DNA of 64,000 bases from Afipia sp. (GTDB taxonomy: Bacteria; Pseudomonadota; Alphaproteobacteria; Rhizobiales; Xanthobacteraceae): contig JAFVHU010000146.1 of the NCBI GenBank assembly GCA_017474385.1, positions 10,844 through 74,843 of the forward strand, given 5' to 3'. Of this stretch, positions 27,801 through 37,246 are shown piece by piece; position 1 is the first letter of the stretch; the number at the start of each line of letters is the position of its first letter. A program made the position numbers and the translations under genes. The notes under the pieces were generated by a model. The model did no database searches. It was not told the DNA's origin and saw only the letters and a list, made by a program, of their open reading frames with translations.

Positions 27801-28354
27801 TCAAGGAAGTCGGCTTCGAGCTGTATCAGTCGATGCTGGAAGAGGCGATCCTGTCGCTCAAGGCGGGCATCTCCGAGCCCGTCGCGGACCGCTGGTCGCC
27901 GCAGATCACGCTCGGCATGCCGGTGCTCATTCCCGAAGACTATGTCGCGGATCTTTCGATCCGGCTGTCGTTGTATCGCCGCCTTGCGGATCTCGACACC
28001 GACGACGCGATCGAAAACTTCGGCGCGGAGTTGCGCGACCGCTTCGGCCCGCTGCCGGATGAGGTACGCTGGCTGTTCAAGATCGCGGCGATCAAGGCTT
28101 ATTGCCGCCGCGCCAACATCGAGAAGGTCGATGCCGGGCCGAAGGGCGCGGTCATCACCTTCCGCGACAACTCATTTGCGCACCCGGACCGGCTTATGTT
28201 CTTCATCAGCCGCCATGGCAAGGCCGCCAAGGTCCGCCCGGACATGAAGGTGGTGTTCTTCCAGGAATGGGAGACGGCGGAGGAACGCGTCGAGGGCACG
28301 ACCACGATCCTGCGCGATCTCGCCAATCTGGCCGAAGGCAAGAAGGCGGCGTAG
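24839..28354 (+). CDS. mfd: Transcription-repair coupling factor
   Basis: CGDVGFGKT, DEEQHFG, UvrB-homology and TRCF domains, 1171 aa. Confidence 0.98.
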   Translation: MKSPTRSPAQLLRAGHALTLSNVAEGAEALVVSDMARAVAAKPNPPAISLAVVCRDGPRMAQLARALEFFAPDLPVMQFPAWDCQPYDRVSPHGGILAQRLTTLARLSRLQGSEKPLIVLTTVNAIVQRVPARDVVAAQALSVAPGHRVPMNNIAAWLEHNGYNRVSTVREPGEYAVRGGILDLFPAGLDQPVRFDFFGDTLESIRTFDAESQRTLLDMRGLDLVPVSEFQLVTETIKRFRMGYVAQFGAPDRDDMLYEAVSEGRKHPGMEHWLPLFQERMDTLFDYLGAAPIVMEPLAEDAARERFTQINDYYEARREAMDTPGGGAIYKPLPPDRLYLGEAEWTSLLGDSSLARLTPFALPEGEGIIDVDARQGRDFAPERGDTKVNVFESVVAHINGLQAARKKVVVALWSEGSRDRMASMLKDHKLLNTTSVNTWRAVQATPRNETMLAVIGLESGFETETVALITEQDILGDRLVRPRKASRKLDNFISEVTSLATGDIVVHVEHGIGRFVGLQTLQVGGAPHDCLELHYANETKLFLPVENIELLSRYGSDQTNVELDKLGGGGWQARKAKLKNRIREIAGELIKIAAERHVHEAPKFPVHQGTYDEFCARFPYEETEDQLGAINSALHDLDLGRPMDRLICGDVGFGKTEVALRAAFAVVLDGKQVAVVVPTTLLARQHTKTFTERFKGFPVNVAQASRLVAPKQMTQVKKDLTDGKIDIIVGTHALLGKSIKFKDLGLLIVDEEQHFGVSHKERLKQLRAEVHVLTLSATPIPRTLQLALTGVRELSIIASPPVDRLAVRTFVAPHDPLMIREALLRERYRGGQAFYVVPRIEYLAEVKDFLDKHVPEMKVAVAHGQMPPTVIEDIMSAFYDGKYDVLLSTTIVESGLDIPSANTLIVHRADMFGLAQLYQLRGRVGRSKLRAYALFTLPSTHKITAQAERRLKVLQSLDNLGAGFQLASHDLDIRGAGNLLGEEQSGHIKEVGFELYQSMLEEAILSLKAGISEPVADRWSPQITLGMPVLIPEDYVADLSIRLSLYRRLADLDTDDAIENFGAELRDRFGPLPDEVRWLFKIAAIKAYCRRANIEKVDAGPKGAVITFRDNSFAHPDRLMFFISRHGKAAKVRPDMKVVFFQEWETAEERVEGTTTILRDLANLAEGKKAA

Positions 28355-28386
28355 ACGGTTCCCGCGCAAACCTCAACAAATCGATT

Positions 28387-28472
28387 TGTCATCACCGGGC
28401 TTGACCCGGTGATCCATTGGACATCGAAGACATTTCATGGAGATGGATTGCCGGTCAAGCCCGGCAATGACA
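28387..28472. repeat. REP-like paired palindromic element (second family)
   Basis: TGTCATCACCGGGCTTGACCCGGTGATCCAT ... ATGGATTGCCGGTCAAGCCCGGCAATGACA. Confidence 0.85.
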
Positions 28473-28513
28473 CGCTACGAATGTTGTAAGTTGACGGCCA
28501 ATCAGCAGAACCA

Positions 28514-29758
28514 TCACGAAGCCGCCCGATGCGCTTCGGTCTGTAACCGCCGGAGAATCGCAGCCGCCGTGTCACCGGGCATCAGTGTCGCCAGCGTGAC
28601 CTGCGGATCGAGCCGCTGGTCGCGCTTGGTGCTGTACATGGTGTGCTTCAAAACGCTGGTCAGCCGCCGCGCGATGGCATGTGCATTGCGCAGGTCGGTT
28701 TCGGCGAACACGACAACGATTGCACCTTCTTCATCCAGCGTTGCGAAATCCATCCGCCGCATCAGCCGGCTGAGAATGCGCGCCGCATCGAGGCGCATAC
28801 GTTCTGAAATCGAGCCTTGCACAAACGAGATGCGGGCGACTGACAGTCCCGCGCCGCGTGTCTGGGTGTCGGTCACGGCGGTCTCGAAATCGCGGCTGAA
28901 GGCGTCCTCGTTCAGCAATCCCGTGCGCGGATCGAGCAGGCCGCCGACATCGATCGATTTCAGCGCGCGGGCGATGCGGGACTCGAACGCCTGCTGCCGG
29001 ATCAGCGGAACGGCGTGGGCCGCGACGGTTTGCGGATCGCCGCTGGAGATTTCGAGATTGGGCAGATCGTAGCCCGTGGTCAGTCCCGATCCGCTTCCGA
29101 CCAGAACCGGCAGATTGCGGAACCGGGAGTCTTCCGACAGCACAGTCAGGAAGGCGTCGAGCACGCGCAGGGTGAAACCGTCGCCGATGATGATGCCGTC
29201 AAGCTCGCGCGCATTGAGATGCTTGGCGGCGGCCTCGATGCTGAGCGCGCCGACGACACCCATCTGCTCACCGAGCGCGACCGACAGGGCAGGATAGCCC
29301 GCGCCACGTCCGATCAGGAGAACGGTCGCGTCGTCGATCGGGTCACTCGTCGGCATGCGGGTCGAGGTCGAACGGTCATTTGCCAGACGGCGCAGCAGCG
29401 TGACGTGCAGGGCGCGCACGCGCAATGCAGCGTTGAGCCGACTGACCAGCCGCTCGGCATTGCGGCCGGCCTGTGTGAACGGGAGAACATTTTGCGGCAA
29501 CACTGTGCCGGGATCGATGGCTAGAACCGGCACGTAGGGATCGGCCTGCGCCGCCTGTTTTGCCAGATTGGCCAATGCGGCCTCGTGACCATCGAGGTCG
29601 GCGGCAAGCACGGCCGCCGGCCGCAGCCTTGCGATGGCGTCCGCTGCGTCAGCCCAGGAGACATCCACCAGCGGAAACGTCTTCACCTGCGCGATCGCGT
29701 CGGCGAGTGTCCGGCCTTCCCGATTTGAGACAGTGACGATCGGGCCTTGCTGCGACAT
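28514..29758 (-). CDS. Degenerate REC-REC-GGDEF protein (PleD/PopA-like)
   Basis: LLDPRTGLLN wide-turn motif and RRMD I-site present; no GG(D/E)EF. Confidence 0.8.
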   Translation of the reverse strand: MSQQGPIVTVSNREGRTLADAIAQVKTFPLVDVSWADAADAIARLRPAAVLAADLDGHEAALANLAKQAAQADPYVPVLAIDPGTVLPQNVLPFTQAGRNAERLVSRLNAALRVRALHVTLLRRLANDRSTSTRMPTSDPIDDATVLLIGRGAGYPALSVALGEQMGVVGALSIEAAAKHLNARELDGIIIGDGFTLRVLDAFLTVLSEDSRFRNLPVLVGSGSGLTTGYDLPNLEISSGDPQTVAAHAVPLIRQQAFESRIARALKSIDVGGLLDPRTGLLNEDAFSRDFETAVTDTQTRGAGLSVARISFVQGSISERMRLDAARILSRLMRRMDFATLDEEGAIVVVFAETDLRNAHAIARRLTSVLKHTMYSTKRDQRLDPQVTLATLMPGDTAAAILRRLQTEAHRAAS

Positions 29759-29867
29759 GGTATTCGTGACTCACAGGAACCGTGTGGAACAGCCGAACGT
29801 CGGCAGCGCGCGAATCCTAGGCCGCGGCTGTTAATGGCAGGTCAATGCAATCGATGAAATGAGTGAT

Positions 29868-31403
29868 TCAGGTTCCGCTGGAACGGTCGCGAAAGGCGTC
29901 CACCATGAGCGGATTAAGTCCCAATTCGCCAAGCGCTTCGCGCGCGCGGCGGTTGTCGCCAGCGCGTCCGGCAAGGCGGAAGCCGTTGAGTTGGTCAGGT
30001 AACGCGGTCAGCATCGCGCCCGCTGCGAGCCGTTTCGCCCACGACTCGAGATCCTGCGCCAGAAAACGATAACCGCCGACACCGACGATACCGACGGGCG
30101 GTGCAGTGATGCCGATGGCTCCCGTCGTCCGATCGAGATGCGCGGCGTATCCCGTATCGACATAGTCGGGAGCGGACGTCTCCACCAGAGACTCTCCCGG
30201 CGCTGGACGATAAGCGGCGACCGGCACCATCGGACCGCGCAGCGCGAGTGTCGCCTTTGGCGTGACGATGATCTCGCCGATGGCTTTCGAGCTTGCCGCA
30301 CCGCGCGGGGCGCTGAACGATCCCGGCGTGATCGGCACCGGCGAGCCGTCGGCGAGACGCCGGGCGGCGAACAATCCGATCTCGCCGAACAGATAGACGT
30401 CAGTGAGCGTTGTGCCGGTATCCCGCCAGTCCTCGCTCGCCATCACGCGGTCCGGCGTGCGCCAGAGGCCGATCACGTTCCTGATCGCGACCTGAGGCCG
30501 CGCAAGTGTGCCGCTCTCCGCCAGCCGATGCGCGAGCAGAGCTGGTGCGATCAGCGTGTCATGATGCTCGTCGACGATCTGCTGTTCGAGAATCTGCAAA
30601 TCCGCCGGGTGATGCAGCGCCAGCGATCCGCCGCTCAGAAGCCAGGTCACCACAGACGATACGCAACCGGCGAAGGACGCCGGAGCAATCGCGGACAACA
30701 GCCGCGCGCCTTGCGGCAGGCCGGCTTCAAGGAAAATCGCCAGACCGCCGGAGATGAGTTGAAGATGGTTGCGCGGGATCGCGCGAAATCCATCCGACGT
30801 GATGTCGAAAGTAATGACCGCCGGTCTGCGCGCATCCGGCGGCGCGGGCGGCAGCCAGCCATTCATGCCGCTCGTTGTGATTTCGAGGGACGTCATGCCC
30901 TCGGGCAGATCGTTGCCGAAGCCGAACACATGGCGGATCGAAAAAGCTTCTACTGCGGCGTTCAGAGCCAGTTCGGCATGATCAACGATCTCGATGCGGC
31001 TGACCCCGACGAGTGCCCGCGCTCCGATCCGGTTGAGCGCGCCGGTCAATTCCGACTGCCGCCAAAGCTGTGGCAGCAACGCCGCCACCAGACCGGCACG
31101 AAGCGCCGCCAGCACTGTCAACGCGAACTCGACGGTGTTCGGCATTTGCAGGGCGATAATCGAGCCCGGCGGCAACCCGGCTTCGACAAAGCGCGCTGCG
31201 ATGGCGGAGACGGCCTGATCGGCTTGCGCGAAGGTCAATTTCTGCGGCTGGGTACCTGTGACGCGGTGCTTGTTCGGCGGGTCGATCAGCGCGACGGCGT
31301 CGGGCTGGCGCAGTACAGTGCGCCGAAACAGATCGTCGAGCGTCAGCGGCGCGCCGGACGAGGTCGCTGCTGAGGTCGGCGCGGTCTGCAAGGTCTCGCT
31401 CAC
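29868..31403 (-). CDS. AMP-binding (adenylate-forming) family protein with degenerate motifs
   Basis: LTFAQAD, ALQMPN, YVDTGY present; P-loop region reads FDITSDGFRAIP. Confidence 0.8.
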   Translation of the reverse strand: MSETLQTAPTSAATSSGAPLTLDDLFRRTVLRQPDAVALIDPPNKHRVTGTQPQKLTFAQADQAVSAIAARFVEAGLPPGSIIALQMPNTVEFALTVLAALRAGLVAALLPQLWRQSELTGALNRIGARALVGVSRIEIVDHAELALNAAVEAFSIRHVFGFGNDLPEGMTSLEITTSGMNGWLPPAPPDARRPAVITFDITSDGFRAIPRNHLQLISGGLAIFLEAGLPQGARLLSAIAPASFAGCVSSVVTWLLSGGSLALHHPADLQILEQQIVDEHHDTLIAPALLAHRLAESGTLARPQVAIRNVIGLWRTPDRVMASEDWRDTGTTLTDVYLFGEIGLFAARRLADGSPVPITPGSFSAPRGAASSKAIGEIIVTPKATLALRGPMVPVAAYRPAPGESLVETSAPDYVDTGYAAHLDRTTGAIGITAPPVGIVGVGGYRFLAQDLESWAKRLAAGAMLTALPDQLNGFRLAGRAGDNRRAREALGELGLNPLMVDAFRDRSSGT

Positions 31404-31427
31404 TGCGTTACTGCATCAATCTTTGGC

Positions 31428-33356
31428 TTACGGCGTTTTCGTACCCGGCTTGTGCCACCACGTTTCCGGCAGATAGCCGGTGAGCGCGGTCGCCTTTGGC
31501 CGTTCTATCCGATTCCACCGTGCGAGCCATTGCTGCTGAACGTTATAAAGCGGGATAGCGTAGAAGCCCGAGATCAGCGCCCGGTCGAGTGCGCGGACGG
31601 CGGGGACGAAGCCGGATTGCTCGCGCGCCTCGAGCAGGGCGGCGATCATGGCGTCGACGGCCGGGGACTTCGCGCCCATGTAGTTGCGGGTGCCCTGATT
31701 ATCGGCAGCGGCGCTGCCCCAGTAGAATGCCTGCTCGTTGCCCGGCGACAGCGACTGGTCCCAGCGGTTCTGGATCATGTCGAAGTCGAAGGCGAGGCGG
31801 CGCTGGTCGAACTGCACGCCGTCCACCGCGCGCACCGACACGTCGATCCCGGCGCGCTTGAGATCGCGGGAATAAGCGAGTGCAATGCGCTCCTGATCGC
31901 GCGTGGTGACCAGGATCTCGAACGTCAGCGGGTTCCGGCTGGCTTTCTGCCGCAGCACCGTTCCGTCGAGCTGGTATCCGGCCTGCGCCAGCAGGGCGAG
32001 TGCCGCACGCAGTGACGCTCGATCGCGGCCGGACGCGTCGGTGACCGGCAGGCGATAGCTGCCTTCCATGATGTCGGGGCGGATGCTTGCGGCATAGGGC
32101 GCAAGCAGCGTCTTCTCGCGCGCGTCCGCCGGGCGCGTGTAGGCGGACAGCTCGGAGCCTGCGAAGAAGCCGGCCGAGCGTCCGTACAGACCGAAGAAGT
32201 AATTGCGGTTGATCCACTCGAAATCGAACAGCAGCGTCAGCGCCTCGCGAACGCGGATGTCCGCAAACACCGGACGGCGCATGTTGAACACGAGGTATTC
32301 GGATGGCTGCGGCGTGCCCGGCTTGACGGTATCTCGCACCACTTCGCCGCTGCGGGCGGCAGCGAAGTCATAACCCTCGTGCCAGCGCAGCGGCTCATTC
32401 TCGATCCGGAAATCGTAGAGACCGCGCTTGAACGCCTCGAACGCGCCGTTGGCTTCGCGATAGTAGTCCAGCCGAACCTCGTCGAAATTCCACACGCCCC
32501 GGTTGATCGGCAGATCGCGGCCCCAATAGTCCGGGTTGCGCGTCATGATGACGCTCTGGCCAGCGCGGACGCCGGTGACACGGTAGGGGCCGGAGCCGAT
32601 CAGGCCGGTGAGGGAGGTCTCCTCGAAGGTCGCGACATCGATTGCATGCTTCGGGAAGACCGGCATCAGGCCGAGGATCAGCGGCAGTTCGCGGTCGTTC
32701 GCGCCGCCGAAATCGAACCTCACGGTGCGCTCGTCCAGCGCCTCGGCTTTTTCGACCTTGGCGTAATACAGCCGGTGATTGGGACGGCCCTTGTCACGCA
32801 TCAATTGCCACGAGAACAGCACGTCCGCCGCCAGCAACGGCTTGCCGTCGGAGAAGCGCGCCAGCGGATTCAGCCGGAACGTGACATAGGTCCGGTCGTT
32901 GTCGGTCTCGACGGTTTGCGCGAGCAGGCCGTACAACGTGAAAGGTTCGTCGTGGCCGCGCGCCAACAGGCTTTCGGTCACGTAGCCGCGGACCTGCTGG
33001 ACCGCGATGCCTTTCACGATGAACGGATTGAGGCTGTCGAATGCGCCCAGGAGGCCAAAGATGACCCGTCCGCCCTTCGGCGCGTCGGGATTGACGTACG
33101 GCATGTGGGCGAAGTTCGCCGGCAGGGCCGGCGTACCGTGCATGGCGATGCCATTAGCCGGAACCGGCAGTTCCCGCTGGGCCGCAGGCTGAGCCTGGAG
33201 CTGTGTCGCGTTTAGTCCGACCCAGATCAGCACCGCACAGCGGAGTTTCCGCGCCCAGCTCTGAGGGCTGCGGCGCACCGCGGATGGCACCCGGTTTGAT
33301 TCGGCTGACTTCACGCGAAAATTTACCACGTCCGGCCGTGATAATGCGGGTTGCAA
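31428..33356 (-). CDS. ABC transporter peptide-binding protein (YejA-like); start uncertain
   Basis: IAMHGTPAL, NPDAPKGG, FDSLNPF, GSGPY. Confidence 0.9.
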   Translation of the reverse strand: MQPALSRPDVVNFRVKSAESNRVPSAVRRSPQSWARKLRCAVLIWVGLNATQLQAQPAAQRELPVPANGIAMHGTPALPANFAHMPYVNPDAPKGGRVIFGLLGAFDSLNPFIVKGIAVQQVRGYVTESLLARGHDEPFTLYGLLAQTVETDNDRTYVTFRLNPLARFSDGKPLLAADVLFSWQLMRDKGRPNHRLYYAKVEKAEALDERTVRFDFGGANDRELPLILGLMPVFPKHAIDVATFEETSLTGLIGSGPYRVTGVRAGQSVIMTRNPDYWGRDLPINRGVWNFDEVRLDYYREANGAFEAFKRGLYDFRIENEPLRWHEGYDFAAARSGEVVRDTVKPGTPQPSEYLVFNMRRPVFADIRVREALTLLFDFEWINRNYFFGLYGRSAGFFAGSELSAYTRPADAREKTLLAPYAASIRPDIMEGSYRLPVTDASGRDRASLRAALALLAQAGYQLDGTVLRQKASRNPLTFEILVTTRDQERIALAYSRDLKRAGIDVSVRAVDGVQFDQRRLAFDFDMIQNRWDQSLSPGNEQAFYWGSAAADNQGTRNYMGAKSPAVDAMIAALLEAREQSGFVPAVRALDRALISGFYAIPLYNVQQQWLARWNRIERPKATALTGYLPETWWHKPGTKTP

Positions 33357-33540
33357 CCCGCAAATATCACTGTTGGCATTGATCTTTTCGTCCGCCGTTG
33401 TATTGAAGGCGGGCTATTCGAGGAAGGCTGCGGGCACTGTCACGTATCCGCCTCAATTGGCTCCGAGACAGCCGCCGAACAAACAGGCATCCGGGCCCCG
33501 AGCGGGAGCGGGCGTTAAGGTTCAGAAAGGGTTTTCCACA

Positions 33541-34338
33541 ATGAATTTCCGTATCTTGGCCGCGCAGGCCTCGCCGCGCGGCCGGGTGTTCGCCGCTTTG
33601 ACTGCCGGCGCCTTTTTGGCCGCTGCTACCATTTCCGGCACCCAGGCTCAGACACCCGCGCCAGCGCCTGGCGCGCCGGCTCCGAAGGCTGCTCCCGCGC
33701 CCAAGGCTGCGCCTAAGGCTGCGCCGAAAGCTCCGGCTCCTGCTGCCCAGCAGGCTCCCGCCAACGGCGCTCCGCAGCAGGCTCCTGCCGACCAGCAGGT
33801 GCAGTTGATCTATCAGCCCTGGACCAAGTTCTGCATGAAGGGTCAGGACGCCAACGCCAAGCAGGTGTGCTTCACCGGCAAGGACGGCCGCATCGAATCC
33901 GGCCAGCCTGTCGTCGCCGCCGTGATCATCGAGCCGGAAGGCGAGCCGAAGAAGCTGCTTCGCGTCACCCTGCCGCTCGGCATGCAGCTCGTGCACGGCA
34001 CCCGCATCATCGTCGACGCCAATGCGCCGCTGCAGAGCCCTTACGTGATCTGCTTCGCCAACGGCTGTATGTCGGACTACGAAGTGACCCCCGACATGCT
34101 GGGCCAGATGAAGAAGGGCCAGAATCTCGTTGTGCAGGCGATCAACGCCAACGGCGCGCCGCTGACGCTGGCGCTTCCGCTCGCCGAGTTCGCCAAGGCC
34201 TATGACGGCCCGCCGACTGATCCGAAGGTCTTCGAAGAGACCCAGAAGAAGTTGCAGGAAGAGCTTCAGAAGCGCGCGGCGGAAGCCCGCCAGAAGCTGG
34301 AAAGCGCGGCGCCGCCCGCCAATCCCGCCGCGAAGTAA
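33541..34338 (+). CDS. Invasion-associated locus B (IalB) family protein
   Basis: Signal peptide, Pro/Ala-rich linker, WTKFC, LPLGM, CFANGC. Confidence 0.85.
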   Translation: MNFRILAAQASPRGRVFAALTAGAFLAAATISGTQAQTPAPAPGAPAPKAAPAPKAAPKAAPKAPAPAAQQAPANGAPQQAPADQQVQLIYQPWTKFCMKGQDANAKQVCFTGKDGRIESGQPVVAAVIIEPEGEPKKLLRVTLPLGMQLVHGTRIIVDANAPLQSPYVICFANGCMSDYEVTPDMLGQMKKGQNLVVQAINANGAPLTLALPLAEFAKAYDGPPTDPKVFEETQKKLQEELQKRAAEARQKLESAAPPANPAAK

Positions 34339-34357
34339 CGCGGTCTCCATACCGAAC

Positions 34358-34388
34358 AAAGGGCGCGCAGCAATGCGCGCCTTTTTTG
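34358..34388 (+). terminator. Rho-independent terminator
   Basis: AAAGGGCGCGCA-GCAA-TGCGCGCCTTTTTTG. Confidence 0.85.
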
Positions 34389-34463
34389 TTGGCGAAGGAA
34401 AGGGCATAATTGCCGCGAGGGCTAAAAGAGCGTTGCATGATTGCGCGGCCACAGGAGAACTTC

Positions 34464-34664
34464 ATGTCCGACTACAGCGCACTCTCGCTTCCCGAACTCG
34501 AGAACCGCATCGCCATCGCGCGGGACAATATCCGGCAACTGATCGAGCAGGCGGCGGCGGTGTCTGGCGGTCAGAATGAGGAGCGCAATGCCGATCGCAT
34601 CGCGCAACAGACTGAGGAGCTTGAAGCGCTGGTGAAGGAGCGGGACGGGCGGAAGCACGCCTAG
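34464..34664 (+). CDS. Small coiled-coil hypothetical protein
   Basis: AGGAG RBS; LSLPELENRIAIARDNIRQLIEQAAA. Confidence 0.75.
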   Translation: MSDYSALSLPELENRIAIARDNIRQLIEQAAAVSGGQNEERNADRIAQQTEELEALVKERDGRKHA

Positions 34665-34676
34665 GCCGGAGCACCG

Positions 34677-35009
34677 TCAGTTCAGCGACGGATTGCGCGG
34701 ACGATAGCTGCCGGATTTGTCCTTGACGAAGATCTCGGCGACCTGCGAATGCCGGATGGGCTCGCCTGACTCGTCAGGCAGCAGGTTCTGTTCCGACACG
34801 TACGCGACGTACTCGGATTCCGAATTTTCGGCCAGCAGGTGATAAAACGGCTGATCCTTGTGGGGCCGCATCTCTTCCGGAATCGACAGCCACCATTCTT
34901 CCGTATTGTTGAATTCCGGATCGATATCGTAAATCACGCCACGGAAAGAGAAAATCCGGTGGCGGACGATCTGGCCGATCTGAAACTTGGCGGTGCGCGC
35001 TTTTATCAT
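34677..35009 (-). CDS. hspQ: Heat shock protein HspQ
   Basis: AKFQIGQIVRH, RGVIYDIDP, DQPFYHLLAE, AYVSEQNL. Confidence 0.93.
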   Translation of the reverse strand: MIKARTAKFQIGQIVRHRIFSFRGVIYDIDPEFNNTEEWWLSIPEEMRPHKDQPFYHLLAENSESEYVAYVSEQNLLPDESGEPIRHSQVAEIFVKDKSGSYRPRNPSLN

Positions 35010-35133
35010 CCTCCGTCGAATAGACCATGATTGTGGCCGATGCTAGGGGCTAGGCCATGAATCGGGCGGGTGAGGGTCTCCTCTGCGCCGCAGTCGGTTC
35101 TCTGCTGCCGCGCGGCATAATAAGCGTATCCCA

Positions 35134-36084
35134 ATGATCGATATTCTGAATCTTGCCCTTCCGTATTTCGGGCTGATCTTCATCGGCTATGCGTGCGGGA
35201 AGTATAAGCGGCTGCCGGAAGCCGGCCTGGAGTGGATGAATTTTTTCCTGCTCTACGTGTCGCTGCCAGCGCTGTTCTTTAGAACGCTTGCAAAGACGCC
35301 GTTCGAGCAACTGAACAATCCGCCGTTCGTGATCGCCACTACGCTGGCGACCGCGAGCGCGTTCTTCCTGTCGATGTTCGGCGCGAAGTTCATCGCAAAG
35401 CTCTCGATGCGCGAATCCGCGATGGCCGGTCTCGGCGGCGGCTACGGCAACATCGGTTACATGGGGCCGGGACTGGCGCTCGCGACGCTCGGCGCGAAGG
35501 CGACCGCGCCGGTGGCGCTGATCTTCTGTTTCGACACCATCTTTCTGTTTACGACCGTACCGCTGCTGATGGTGCTGACCGACGGTGAGCGCCGGCCGCT
35601 TCTGCCGACCATCGGGCTTGTCGCCAGGCAGATCCTGCTGCATCCGCTCATCATCGCGTCCTATTTCGGCGCGCTGGTCGCGGCATTCCATGTCCCGGTG
35701 CCTGTGGCGCTCGACAACACGTTTCAGTTCCTCCAAAGCGCAGCGGCACCCGTCGCGCTGTTCGCACTCGGCGTGACGGTGGCGCTGCGCCCGTTCGAGC
35801 GGGTGCCATGGGAAGTGCCGGGCGTCATCGCGGTCAAGCTGATCCTGCACCCATTGATCGTACTCGGGCTGCTGATGCTGCTCGGTCCATTTCCGATGGA
35901 GTGGGCCGCGACCGCGCTGTTGCTGGCCTCATTGCCGCCGGCGCTCAACGTGTTCGTGATCGCGCGTCAGTACGACACCTGGATCGAACCCGCGTCGACG
36001 CTGGTGCTGATCGGCACGTTCGTGTCCGTGGTGACGCTGACGAGCGTGATGTGGATGATCAAGAACGGCGTGATATTTCCGTAA
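35134..36084 (+). CDS. AEC (auxin efflux carrier) family transporter
   Basis: About 10 TMs, GNIGYMG, PVALFALG. Confidence 0.88.
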   Translation: MIDILNLALPYFGLIFIGYACGKYKRLPEAGLEWMNFFLLYVSLPALFFRTLAKTPFEQLNNPPFVIATTLATASAFFLSMFGAKFIAKLSMRESAMAGLGGGYGNIGYMGPGLALATLGAKATAPVALIFCFDTIFLFTTVPLLMVLTDGERRPLLPTIGLVARQILLHPLIIASYFGALVAAFHVPVPVALDNTFQFLQSAAAPVALFALGVTVALRPFERVPWEVPGVIAVKLILHPLIVLGLLMLLGPFPMEWAATALLLASLPPALNVFVIARQYDTWIEPASTLVLIGTFVSVVTLTSVMWMIKNGVIFP

Positions 36085-36190
36085 AGGGGCAGGCTTCAGG
36101 CCATCGGCGGCCCGGCGTCCGCCGCCGGGCGGGCCCCCCCGTAAGGACCACGGCTGTGATATGCTCCGGCGGAACGCAGGGAGCACTCAG

Positions 36191-36412
36191 ATGACGATTA
36201 ATCATCCCAATGCCAAAAGCATCTGGACGACGATTGAAATCGACAAGGACGGCGTGGAGACGGTGCTGGTCGTCGAAACCGATCTGGAATTGAATGCCGC
36301 CGCCCCGGCCTTTGATGTTGCCAAGGTTGATGCGTTGATCGAAGCCGCGATGAAGAGTTTTGCCGCCAGCGGCGGAACGATCGACCGCGTTCATTTGGTG
36401 CCGGTTCGCTGA
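36191..36412 (+). CDS. Hypothetical protein (73 aa)
   Basis: GGGAG RBS, typical codon usage. Confidence 0.65.
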   Translation: MTINHPNAKSIWTTIEIDKDGVETVLVVETDLELNAAAPAFDVAKVDALIEAAMKSFAASGGTIDRVHLVPVR

Positions 36413-36571
36413 GAACAACGCTTCGCGACAAATGCGGCCGATAGCTGACGTGTTATTGCGGCCTTGGGTCAAAGGCGGACATACCGCCTATCCACCCTCG
36501 CGTCTTGCATGAAGGCCGATCAGCCGCAAATATCCAACCAGCAGCAGTCTCACCCCAAGGATTCCAGACCA

Positions 36572-37246
36572 ATGCTATTCGATGACGTGATCCTCGGCCG
36601 CCGGAGCATCCGCGGATACAAGCCAGACCCGGTGCCCAAGGCGCTAATCGAGGAAATTATCGGTTTGGCGATGCGCGCTCCATCGTCGATGAACACCCAA
36701 CCATGGAATTTTTACATCATCACCGGCGAGCCGCTCAATCGAATCCGAACCGGCAATACCGAGCGGATGGTGGCAGGCGTGCCGCAATCGCGCGAATTCC
36801 GTACAGGTCAGGCATTCGCAGGTCAGCACCGGGACAGGCAGGTTGGCGTCGCCAAGCAATTGTTCTCTGCAATGGGGATCGCGCGCGATGACAAGGAGAT
36901 GCGGCAGGACTGGGTTCTGCGCGGCTTCCGTCAGTTCGACGCGCCTGTATGCATCATCGTGACTTATGATCGCGTGCTGGACGGCAGCGACGATACGCCC
37001 TTCGATTGTGGCGCCGTGGCAACCGCGTTGGTCAATGCCGCCTGGTCTCGAGGACTGGGGGCTGTGATCAACAGCCAGGGCATTATGCAGTCACCGGTGG
37101 TCCGTGAGCATGCCGGAATAGCTGACAACCAGGTCATCATGAAAAGCATCGCATTGGGATGGCCGGATGAAAACTTCCCGGCAAATGCGGTGGTGTCTGA
37201 ACGAAGGTCAGTTGAAGAAGCCACGGTGTTCGTGGGTTTCGGCTAA
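36572..37246 (+). CDS. Nitroreductase
   Basis: RRSIRGY, APSSMNTQPW. Confidence 0.93.
   Translation: MLFDDVILGRRSIRGYKPDPVPKALIEEIIGLAMRAPSSMNTQPWNFYIITGEPLNRIRTGNTERMVAGVPQSREFRTGQAFAGQHRDRQVGVAKQLFSAMGIARDDKEMRQDWVLRGFRQFDAPVCIIVTYDRVLDGSDDTPFDCGAVATALVNAAWSRGLGAVINSQGIMQSPVVREHAGIADNQVIMKSIALGWPDENFPANAVVSERRSVEEATVFVGFG

Noticed and set aside
33650-33800. GCTGCGCC(T/G)AAG-like tandem repeats
   Set aside because: They encode the PKAAP low-complexity linker of the IalB protein, not an independent element
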